Assembly: GCA_009885205.1 (NCBI GenBank)
Contig: VFLE01000055.1
Location: 11,236 to 75,235 of the forward strand
Length of the DNA stretch: 64,000 bases
Direction of reading: 5' to 3'
Source of the DNA: Candidatus Shapirobacteria bacterium
Lineage (GTDB): Bacteria > Patescibacteriota > Microgenomatia > UBA12405
Both the position numbers and the translations under genes were made by a program. Below the pieces are notes generated by a model. That model saw only the letters and a program-made list of their open reading frames with translations, was not told where the DNA came from and did not search any database. Below are positions 56,277-64,000 of this stretch, piece after piece (the first letter of the stretch is position 1; every line of letters starts with the position of its first letter).

Positions 56277-58496
56277 TTATCTTCGAGGTCTCGAGTCGTT
56301 TTGGGCGAAGTTACGGAAACCGCCGGAACGAGGTCGGTCACTACCACGATTATCAAACTGAGGACGGGGTGGCCCCGCCTTCGCAAAGCCTTCGTCGGGC
56401 GAAGCAGGATGAGCGGTTTTAAACTCGGGGGCTGATAATTTTATTTGATGATTATCATTGTAACCACTGATTTGGACTTTAATTTTGTCACCAACTTTGA
56501 TAATAGCTGAGGGGTCAGATAGGAAGCCTTGGGTCATTTCCGAGACGTGAAGTAGAGCTTCACGACCGGGTAAAAATTCGACAAAGGCACCAAAATTTTC
56601 AACACGAGTTACTTCTCCTTCAAACTCTTCGCCCATTTGGACTTCGCGAACCATGGATTCAATTTGAAAAGCACAAGCGTCAATTTGAACCTGATCTAGG
56701 GAAGAAATTGAAGCACGACCAAAATCATCAATATCAATTTGGGTGCCAAATTTTTCCATTAAGGCTTTAATGGTTTTGCCACCAGAGCCAATCACTTCTC
56801 CGATTTTGTCTTCGGGTAAGGTAATCATTTTTATTTTAGGGGCATAAGCTGACAATTCTTTGCGTGGTGCGATTAATACCGATTCCATTTTGGTAATAAT
56901 TTGGAGACGAGCGGCTAAACTTTGGGCAAAAGTATCCTTAATCATGGCAAAAGATAGACCCATGCGTTTGATATCAAGTTGAATGGCGGTAATACCCGTT
57001 TTGGTACCAGTAATTTTGAAATCCATGTCACCACAGTGATCTTCGATTCCGGCAATATCGGTTAATAAAATATATTTACCTGCATCATCGGAAACCATAC
57101 CGACAGAAATACCGGCCACATGAGCCTTGAGGGGAACACCAGCGGCCATTAAAGACATGGTTGAACCACAGGTCGAGGCCATAGAAGATGATCCATTTTG
57201 AGATAGCACTTCGGAAGTTAAGATAATAGTATAAGGAAATTCCTCGACAGTAGGAATGACGGCAACTAAGGCTTTTTCGGCTAGGGCTCCGTGACCAATT
57301 TCACGGCGACCAGGACGACCAGTGCGTCCAGTTTGACCGGTGGAAAAAGGTGCGGCGGAATAATAATGAATATAACGTTTGGTAGTTTCACCACTGCTAT
57401 CTTGTAAATGTTGTTCTTCAGATAAAGGACCTAAAGTAGTAATAGTTAAGGCTTGGGTTAATCCCCTTTCAAATAAGGCGGAACCATGGGTACAAGGTAA
57501 GACATCAAGCTCTATATTTAGGGGACGAATTTCGGTCGTGGCTCGTTTGTCATAACGTTTGCCGGCCAGAGTTGTGGCACGAATATATTTACGAACAACA
57601 TTGTCGACGGCTTCCATTAATTTGGCCTTGTCTACTTCACCCGATTCTAATTGTGTCGCAAATTTTTCGATAGCAGTTTCTTTTATTTTTTCTTCACCGG
57701 CCATATGGGCACCATCAACACCGGCAGAAATAAAATCCTCAAGTTCTTTTTTAACGGCTGCTTCGACTTTATCTTGCAATTCAATTGAAGGCGAAAGATC
57801 GGTGTATTCCATTTTTGGTTTGCCAAATTCTGTGGCAAATTCCATAAGTTTTGCATTTATTTCATCACCAGTTTTAATACCTAATTCGATAGCTTTGAGA
57901 ACAATATCATTATCAACAATTTTGACATCGGCCTCAATCATGTTGACACCCTCAGAATCTTTACAAATTAAAAGATCCATATCGGAAGTTAATTGGTCGG
58001 TAATGGTGGGAAATAATGAAATTTCACCTGATTTTAGGCCTAAACGAACGGCCGAAACGGGACCTGAAAACGGTAAACCTGAAATCATGAGGGCAGCAGA
58101 AACGGCAGTAAAGGCAGTGACAACCACATCATTGTCGCGGTCATTACTTAAAACCGTGGCCATAACTTGGACTTCGTTTTTGAAACCCATAGGAAATAGA
58201 GGGCGGATAGATCGGTCGATAATTCGGCCAAATAAAACAGCGGTGTCACTGGGACCACCATCGCGTTTCATCCATTTGCCACCTTTGATAACACCACCAG
58301 CATAAAATTTGTCAACAAATTCGACAGAAAGTGGAAAATAATCTTTGGATAAATCCAAATTGCCTTTGACAACGGTGGCCAAAACCACAGTTTTGCCCAT
58401 TTGAGCCAGCACGGCACCACTGGCCTGTGGGGCTAATTTGCCGGTTGATAGGGTTATAACTTTACCACCGAGTGAGATATCCATAGATTTTTGCAT
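56277..58496 (-). CDS. pnp: Polyribonucleotide nucleotidyltransferase
   Basis: RIIDRSIRPLF, RREIGHG, NGSSSMAS, GDMDFK, KH and S1 domains. Confidence 0.97.
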   Translation of the reverse strand: MQKSMDISLGGKVITLSTGKLAPQASGAVLAQMGKTVVLATVVKGNLDLSKDYFPLSVEFVDKFYAGGVIKGGKWMKRDGGPSDTAVLFGRIIDRSIRPLFPMGFKNEVQVMATVLSNDRDNDVVVTAFTAVSAALMISGLPFSGPVSAVRLGLKSGEISLFPTITDQLTSDMDLLICKDSEGVNMIEADVKIVDNDIVLKAIELGIKTGDEINAKLMEFATEFGKPKMEYTDLSPSIELQDKVEAAVKKELEDFISAGVDGAHMAGEEKIKETAIEKFATQLESGEVDKAKLMEAVDNVVRKYIRATTLAGKRYDKRATTEIRPLNIELDVLPCTHGSALFERGLTQALTITTLGPLSEEQHLQDSSGETTKRYIHYYSAAPFSTGQTGRTGRPGRREIGHGALAEKALVAVIPTVEEFPYTIILTSEVLSQNGSSSMASTCGSTMSLMAAGVPLKAHVAGISVGMVSDDAGKYILLTDIAGIEDHCGDMDFKITGTKTGITAIQLDIKRMGLSFAMIKDTFAQSLAARLQIITKMESVLIAPRKELSAYAPKIKMITLPEDKIGEVIGSGGKTIKALMEKFGTQIDIDDFGRASISSLDQVQIDACAFQIESMVREVQMGEEFEGEVTRVENFGAFVEFLPGREALLHVSEMTQGFLSDPSAIIKVGDKIKVQISGYNDNHQIKLSAPEFKTAHPASPDEGFAKAGPPRPQFDNRGSDRPRSGGFRNFAQNDSRPRR

Positions 58497-58520
58497 AAAT
58501 AATTATATATAAAAACGCGG

Positions 58521-58790
58521 TTACTTTTTGAGGTTAAGAGATTTGATCAATTTACCATAGCGTTCTTCATTGTTGAGGGAGAGATAGCGAAGCAAACGAC
58601 GACGTTTGGCAATTTTGGACAATAGTCCACGTTTTGCCGGAGAATCGTGTTTGTTGTCACCGAGGTGACCTTGGAGTTTGTCGATTTCTTTGGATAAAAT
58701 AGCAACTTGAATTTCAGGAGATCCAGTATCACCCTTGGCTTGGGCGAATTTGGTAACGACTGATGTTTTTTCGTCTTTGGTTAATGCCAT
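58521..58790 (-). CDS. rpsO: 30S ribosomal protein S15
   Basis: DTGSPEIQVAIL, KRRRLLRYL. Confidence 0.96.
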   Translation of the reverse strand: MALTKDEKTSVVTKFAQAKGDTGSPEIQVAILSKEIDKLQGHLGDNKHDSPAKRGLLSKIAKRRRLLRYLSLNNEERYGKLIKSLNLKK

Positions 58791-58883
58791 GTGTTTAATG
58801 GTGCTAATTTTAGTAAAAATTAAAATTCCAGAATGGCTACTGAAAAACTAAAATAAGTACAGTTGATATTGTAGCACAAACAC

Positions 58884-59174
58884 CTAGACTGTTCGAGTGA
58901 TGTTGATGAATTGTGTTGGGTCAACCATACTACCAATTATTGGCATGGAGTGAATAATCCTTGATTTTCCAACAGGCAATTTTCTGTCTGACCAAAGAAT
59001 ATTACCAAGCCAGACTTTTACGTGACCATCGTATGTTTCCAAATCAACACGAAAAAACCCTATGGGATACTCGGCTTTTGATCGCTCCGTATGTATAATT
59101 GGTCTGATTTCTGCTGAGTTAATGCCTTCTGATATATATAAGGAAAATTCGGCTTCCTGGGGTAATTGGTTCAC
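58884..59174 (-). CDS. Hypothetical protein (GTG start)
   Basis: ORF; TGCTACAAT 6 nt before GTG 59174. Confidence 0.5.
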   Translation of the reverse strand: MNQLPQEAEFSLYISEGINSAEIRPIIHTERSKAEYPIGFFRVDLETYDGHVKVWLGNILWSDRKLPVGKSRIIHSMPIIGSMVDPTQFINITRTV

Positions 59175-59196
59175 AAAGACATTGTAGCACAAAAAA

Positions 59197-59424
59197 TTAA
59201 GAACGAGGGAAAAATTCTTCTGAGACGACACAACTTTCTGTTCCGGTAGCTAATTTATTTTTTGCAGAACAAGTTCTGGCTCCAGTTAACGAATTAGTAT
59301 TATTTTTTTTTAAAACACTTAACATTATTTTTTTTGACGGTTCTACCTCATTAATACTAGTCGGGAACCATTTTTGGCAACGAAGACAAATTGGATAGCT
59401 TTCTGATTGTGCTTGATTTGGCAT
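59197..59424 (-). CDS. Hypothetical small Cys-containing protein
   Basis: ORF with CxxC; putative AAAAGAG RBS. Confidence 0.45.
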   Translation of the reverse strand: MPNQAQSESYPICLRCQKWFPTSINEVEPSKKIMLSVLKKNNTNSLTGARTCSAKNKLATGTESCVVSEEFFPRS

Positions 59425-59438
59425 ACTCTTTTTAACTT

Positions 59439-60251
59439 TTAGACAGTGGGATTAAAGGTTGGATTTGGTGTGAACTGAGGGGTGGTGGTAGGTGTTGAAG
59501 CTGGGATGTCAGCAATGGGGTTAACCTCTGGAGTTACGGGAGTAGTAGTTGGAGTTTCGGGCTGGGTGGCACGGAGACAGAGGGCACCGGCTTCAAAAGA
59601 TTCGGGGGAAACATTAACAGAGAATGATTGGGTAGCAACCCGAAGACCAATTAAAATGTCTTTGCCGGAGTCTTGGTCTAAGGTTAATCCTAACATAGGC
59701 AATAAGAAGGTAAATATTTCAGAAAAGGGAGCATCGGGGTCGATTAAACTAGCTTTAGCCCAAGATTTGGGAGTATTGGTGGGTGAAATATAAATCCAAT
59801 TGCCCGAGTTAACCATAGAGGCTTTGTCACCTAAAGGCATTTCATCACCTAACATAAAACAAATATCGGCAGAACCAGAGCTATTGTTAATTGAAATTTG
59901 ATTTTGATCAATTTTAGTCGCTCCTGTTTTGGTTTTGACAACCAAATTTAGTTTGCCACCATCATCGTTGTAGGAAACCTGATCAATTTGATCCAAAGGA
60001 TAGGAGACAGTAATAACCAAATCGGCAGGATTATAGGAATCAGTAATCAATTCAAGTCCACTTAATTTGGAATAATTTTGATCGGGTTTTTGGAGTGACA
60101 AAACTTGGGCGGTTTTACCAGCTTTTTTTAAAGCTAGGGCTAAACCTAAAGCTGAACCAATTGAATCAACTGACATGGTAGGAACCACGATTAGGGCAGA
60201 TTTGGCGGTATCTAAAAGAGATTTAATTTCGGTGACGTTGTAGTTTTTCAT
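59439..60251 (-). CDS. Degenerate DHH/NrnA-like protein
   Basis: DSIGSALGL..AL...GK fold signature but no DHH motif; directly after infB. Confidence 0.6.
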   Translation of the reverse strand: MKNYNVTEIKSLLDTAKSALIVVPTMSVDSIGSALGLALALKKAGKTAQVLSLQKPDQNYSKLSGLELITDSYNPADLVITVSYPLDQIDQVSYNDDGGKLNLVVKTKTGATKIDQNQISINNSSGSADICFMLGDEMPLGDKASMVNSGNWIYISPTNTPKSWAKASLIDPDAPFSEIFTFLLPMLGLTLDQDSGKDILIGLRVATQSFSVNVSPESFEAGALCLRATQPETPTTTPVTPEVNPIADIPASTPTTTPQFTPNPTFNPTV

Positions 60252-60266
60252 AATGGTTATGATAGT

Positions 60267-61679
60267 CTATTTTTCAACTTTATAGGCTATTATAACATCA
60301 TTTATTTTAAAATCAACATATGGTCGAAAAGTGATGCCATATTGATGGCCAGCTTTGGCGGTATCAACAATGTCTTTGGCCTGACGAATTCCTTCGATTT
60401 TAGTATTTTTGATAATAATATCGTCACGTTTTAAGTGAATGTTGTCGCCTTTAGTCAACAAACCTTTGGTGACTTCGATACCAGCGATGCGGACTTTGTC
60501 AATTTTAAACTCGGCAATAATTTTGGCCTCACCGATGGTAGTTTCTTCAATGGTGGGGTCAAGCATTAATAAAACTTGTTTTTGAATATTTTCTAAAATT
60601 TCGTAAATGATTTTTGATTCAAAGATAGGTACTTTTTCGTTGTCAGCTAAATTTTTGATAAACCTGGGTACTGGTACATTGTAGGCAAAAACTTGGCCAT
60701 GAGCGGAAGCGGCCATGTTGACATCATTGTCGGTGATAGTGCCAACGCCAGAGGCGAGCAAGAAAACGTCGTCGGAAAGAGAACTAAGGAGAGCTTCAAG
60801 AGTGCCCTGAACATCGGCTTTAATGACGATAGGTAGTCGAGGAGAGCCATCGGTTTTAGTTTGAGACAAACGAGTAGGATCGATAGTGGAAGTAGATTCG
60901 GTTTTAAGGCTAGAAACTGGAGTACCAACTAAAGGGACTGATTCAAAACCGAGAATTTCGACAGCAGATGAGGGTAAGGCGATGGGAATAGACATGGCTT
61001 TGACCTTGCAGGGGATGTTTTGGGCAAAAATAATATCACCTAATTTAATTTGACCTTTTTTAACGATAAGGGTAGCGACGGGACCGCGACTTTTGTCGAG
61101 TAGTGACTCGATAACCACGGCCTCGAGTGGTTCGTCCTTACTATCGGTTAATTCCATAATTTCGGCGTGTAAAAATATACTATCTAGGAGGGCGTCAATC
61201 CCCTGACCGGTTTTACCAGAAACGGGGAATAGAGCCACCTGACCACCATATTCTTCGGGGGTTAATTCGAGTTCAACCAATTGACCTTTGACTTTTTCTG
61301 GGGAACTATCGGCCATATCGACCTTGGTCATGGCGATAATGACAGGGGCATTGGTTTTTTTAATTTCTTTGATACATTCCTTGGTTTGGGCCATAACTCC
61401 ATCAACAGCAGAAATGACGAGAACAATAATGTCGGTAATTTGAGCACCACGAGAGCGCATTTGACAAAAAGCAGCGTGACCAGGAGTATCGATAAAGGTG
61501 ATTTTGCCTGATTTTCCGGATTTAGACGAGACATCGACAGTATAGGCAGAAATGTGTTGAGTGATTCCACCCGCTTCGCGAGCAGCGACACTACTACCAC
61601 GGATTTTATCCAAAAGAGTAGTCTTGCCATGGTCAACATGGCCCATTATTGTGACAATGGGTGGGCGGAAATTTTGCAT
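60267..61679 (-). CDS. infB: Translation initiation factor IF-2 (no N-terminal domain)
   Basis: [32 protein letters not shown]. Confidence 0.96.
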   Translation of the reverse strand: MQNFRPPIVTIMGHVDHGKTTLLDKIRGSSVAAREAGGITQHISAYTVDVSSKSGKSGKITFIDTPGHAAFCQMRSRGAQITDIIVLVISAVDGVMAQTKECIKEIKKTNAPVIIAMTKVDMADSSPEKVKGQLVELELTPEEYGGQVALFPVSGKTGQGIDALLDSIFLHAEIMELTDSKDEPLEAVVIESLLDKSRGPVATLIVKKGQIKLGDIIFAQNIPCKVKAMSIPIALPSSAVEILGFESVPLVGTPVSSLKTESTSTIDPTRLSQTKTDGSPRLPIVIKADVQGTLEALLSSLSDDVFLLASGVGTITDNDVNMAASAHGQVFAYNVPVPRFIKNLADNEKVPIFESKIIYEILENIQKQVLLMLDPTIEETTIGEAKIIAEFKIDKVRIAGIEVTKGLLTKGDNIHLKRDDIIIKNTKIEGIRQAKDIVDTAKAGHQYGITFRPYVDFKINDVIIAYKVEK

Positions 61680-61682
61680 AAT

Positions 61683-62672
61683 TTAGAGTTTTGATCCCTG
61701 AACTTTTATTTCTAAACCCGTCAAAATACCTGCTAAACGAACATTTTCACCGCCAGAACCAATGGCCAGGGCCAAATCAGATTCAGGAACTTCGACTAGA
61801 GCCAGACCGTTGGTGATAGAAATAACTTTGACATTGGAGGCTGGAGAAAGGGCATTGGCAATAAACTGTTTTTTGTCCTTAGAATAGGATATAACGTCAA
61901 CTTTTTCCGATTGAGGCAACTCGTTTAAAATAGCCTGAATACGAATACCTTTTTGACCAATACAGGAACCGACAGGGTCGACACCCGCTTGGGATGATGA
62001 GACAGCAACCTTGGCCCTGGCACCAGCATCGCGAGCAATAGTTTCAATAGTGACAGCTCGGTTGCCAACCTCGGGAACTTCACGAACAAAAAGTTGTTTG
62101 ATAAATTCGGCGTCAGCTCGGGATAAAATTATATCTTTGCGACCAGTTTCTGCATCTTGATGAATAGATTTAATTAAAAACTGTTTTTTACTGCCAAGTT
62201 GCAGGCTTTCGCCACGAATTTGCTCGTCTTTGGGACAAATACCTTCGGTCTTGCCAATACCAACGGTAAGACGATAGGAATCGTTGCGTAAAATATAACC
62301 CTGGACGAGAGTGCCTATTTTATGAGCATACTCGGCCATGATGGTATCTTTTTCGGCTTCATGAATACGTTGATCGATAACGTTTTTGGCGGTAACAGCG
62401 GCAATTCGACCAAATCCAGGAGGGGTAACATTGAGACGTTTTTTGTCGGTTATTTCAAAGATGGCAAAGGAGCCTGATTCTGGGGCCAACTCAACTTCAA
62501 AAACAGTGTCATCGGCAACAATGTTGCCATGTTCTTTTTGATCACGTTTGTAGGCAGAAATTAGACCAGCTTCAATTGAGTCAAGAATTTCTTGGACGGG
62601 AATATTTTTTTCACCGGCAATTTGGGCCACAGCTGAGGCGAATTCTGTTTTTGGTAGTTTTTTGATATCCAT
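61683..62672 (-). CDS. nusA: Transcription factor NusA
   Basis: [32 protein letters not shown]. Confidence 0.95.
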   Translation of the reverse strand: MDIKKLPKTEFASAVAQIAGEKNIPVQEILDSIEAGLISAYKRDQKEHGNIVADDTVFEVELAPESGSFAIFEITDKKRLNVTPPGFGRIAAVTAKNVIDQRIHEAEKDTIMAEYAHKIGTLVQGYILRNDSYRLTVGIGKTEGICPKDEQIRGESLQLGSKKQFLIKSIHQDAETGRKDIILSRADAEFIKQLFVREVPEVGNRAVTIETIARDAGARAKVAVSSSQAGVDPVGSCIGQKGIRIQAILNELPQSEKVDVISYSKDKKQFIANALSPASNVKVISITNGLALVEVPESDLALAIGSGGENVRLAGILTGLEIKVQGSKL

Positions 62673-62755
62673 ATATTTATTTTTACTAAAAAAAAGGGCG
62701 TAAAACGCCCGTTTCACTAGCAAATATGTAACTTGGTTATTATAACACTAAATTT

Positions 62756-62784
62756 AAGGAACAGATACACGGATCTGTTCCTAC
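62756..62784 (-). repeat. GTAG element 12 (looped type GTAGGAACAGATCCGTGTATCTGTTCCTT)
   Basis: AGGAACAGAT/ATCTGTTCCT arms; supplies the dnaJ stop TAG. Confidence 0.85.
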
Positions 62785-63638
62785 AAACCCAATTCTTTGA
62801 TCAATTCTTTTTGATGTGTGGTTAATTTGGTGGGAATAAAAAGATTAAGGCGGATGTAAAGGTCACCTTTGCCAAAACCTTGGACATCGGTAATGCCGTG
62901 TCCACGAAGACGAATGAGGGTTCCGGGTTGAGTACCTGGTTTAATACGAATTTTAAGAGGTTTGTCTAAAGTAGGGACAGAAAGTTCGTCACCTAAAATA
63001 GCCTGAACTAGGGTAATATCTTGATTTATAAATAAATTATTTCCCTCACGGGTAAAAATTTTGTCAGGGAGAACATCGATATACAAAATAAAATCACCAA
63101 ATTTTATCCTCTGCCCATCATCAACCCCGGCAGGGATAGTAACTTTACGACGACTGCCATCTAAAACAATTTCTTTCTTACAGCCGTTGGCGGCATCAAT
63201 AAAAGACAATTGGATTTTGTAAGTAGGGACTTGTCGAGAACGAGATTGACCCATACCCCCGTTGCCGAAGAATTGTTCGAAAATATCAAAAGGATTACTA
63301 AAACCGCCAAAGTCAAAATCGTCTTGTCCCCCACCTTGACTACTTTGCCAAGTAAAGTTGAATGGTCCATTTTGTTGGGTGTGAGTGTGACCACCAAAAT
63401 TGCTACCGGCCGAGGATGGGTCAAAAGCGGCGTGGCCAAATTGGTCGTAGGCGGACTTTTTTTGAGGATTACTTAAAACCTCGTAGGCACCATTGATTTC
63501 TTTAAATTTTTCCTCGGCATCGGGGGCTTTATTGCGATCGGGGTGAAACTCCATGGCTTTTTTGCGATAAGCTGACTTAATATCCGCCGCCGATGCGCCT
63601 TTTGCTAATCCTAATGTATCGTAAAAATCTGGTTTCAT
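62781..63638 (-). CDS. dnaJ: DnaJ-family chaperone without zinc finger
   Basis: HPD J-domain, G/F region, C-terminal domain; follows dnaK. Confidence 0.88.
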   Translation of the reverse strand: MKPDFYDTLGLAKGASAADIKSAYRKKAMEFHPDRNKAPDAEEKFKEINGAYEVLSNPQKKSAYDQFGHAAFDPSSAGSNFGGHTHTQQNGPFNFTWQSSQGGGQDDFDFGGFSNPFDIFEQFFGNGGMGQSRSRQVPTYKIQLSFIDAANGCKKEIVLDGSRRKVTIPAGVDDGQRIKFGDFILYIDVLPDKIFTREGNNLFINQDITLVQAILGDELSVPTLDKPLKIRIKPGTQPGTLIRLRGHGITDVQGFGKGDLYIRLNLFIPTKLTTHQKELIKELGL

Positions 63639-63656
63639 TGATTATATATTTTACAG

Positions 63657-63684
63657 GTAGAGACGTGATTAATCACGTCTCTAC
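63657..63684. repeat. GTAG palindrome 13 (core TGATTAATCA)
   Basis: Perfect 28-bp palindrome. Confidence 0.95.
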
Positions 63685-63703
63685 GATGTGTGGCGAATAA
63701 ATT

Positions 63704-64000
63704 TTATTTAACAATCTCCCCTTCTTCTGCATCTTTTGGTGCTTCGGATTTTTTGGCGTTGGCTTCGGCTTGGGCGGCGTCGGCTTGTTCTTGGCCGGGG
63801 ATACCACCTTCACCTTGTGGAGGTTGTTGATTAGCGTAAACGGTTTGGCCAACGACTTGGAGAATTTGATTTAATTCCTCGGTGAATTTGTCCATTTCGT
63901 CTTTGTTAACTTCGGTTTTTGTCAAAATTTCTTTACCTTCTTTGATTTTGATCTCAATTTTTTCCTTATCTTCGGGCTTTACTTTGTCAGCAAAGTCTTT
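63704..64000 (-). CDS. dnaK: Chaperone DnaK, C-terminal part (runs off window end)
   Basis: Helical lid KDFADKV..DKEKIE, QVVGQTVY, acidic tail AEEGEIVK; upstream of dnaJ. Confidence 0.8.
   Translation of the reverse strand, partial: KDFADKVKPEDKEKIEIKIKEGKEILTKTEVNKDEMDKFTEELNQILQVVGQTVYANQQPPQGEGGIPGQEQADAAQAEANAKKSEAPKDAEEGEIVK

Noticed and set aside
57559-58305. 248-aa plus-strand ORF
   Set aside because: Antisense to pnp; typical codon-bias shadow, as are similar ORFs opposite tuf, fusA and rpoBC.
3096-63684. Palindrome cores as a catalogue of restriction sites or integron attC sites
   Set aside because: Any perfect palindrome has a 6-bp palindromic centre; no attC RYYYAAC/GTTRRRY ends, extrahelical bases or integrase seen.
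1-64000. Alternative genetic code, introns or inteins in core genes, and tRNA/rRNA genes
   Set aside because: Core genes translate uninterrupted with code 11, TGA is used as a stop (OFOR beta, rplQ), and no RNA gene signatures were recognised.

Overview
AT-rich chromosomal segment from a reduced bacterial genome, inferred to be Patescibacteria/CPR and probably Microgenomates: no rpmD between rpsE and rplO, shortened IF2/AlaRS/L2/L3, archaeal-type ProRS, many TM-anchored PsbP-like orphans. Mostly minus-strand housekeeping genes: dnaK-dnaJ-nusA-infB-rpsO-pnp-lon(AAA only)-rnj-proS-ftsK-alaS-sortase-mltG, rpoBC-rpsLG, and fusA-tuf-S10-spc-alpha-rplM-rpsI. A plus-strand 2-oxoacid:ferredoxin oxidoreductase operon sits near the start. 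No rRNA, tRNA, CRISPR or transposase was seen. The most striking unexplained signal is a dispersed family of 13 GTAG-type palindromes. Ten are perfect, loop-less 28-mers with near-fixed arms and a 10-bp core that varies between copies but is always self-complementary. Some carry conserved 50-150 bp flanks, three are translated inside proteins, and two looped variants supply stop codons. Other GC-rich mini-palindromes and heptamer tracts also invade proteins. Further highlights: a compact T-box-like leader on proS, pervasive leaderless promoters, infA without an ATG/GTG start, a non-canonical EF-Tu switch I, and S12/RpoB alleles at antibiotic-resistance positions. All coordinates were counted by hand and no database searches were run.
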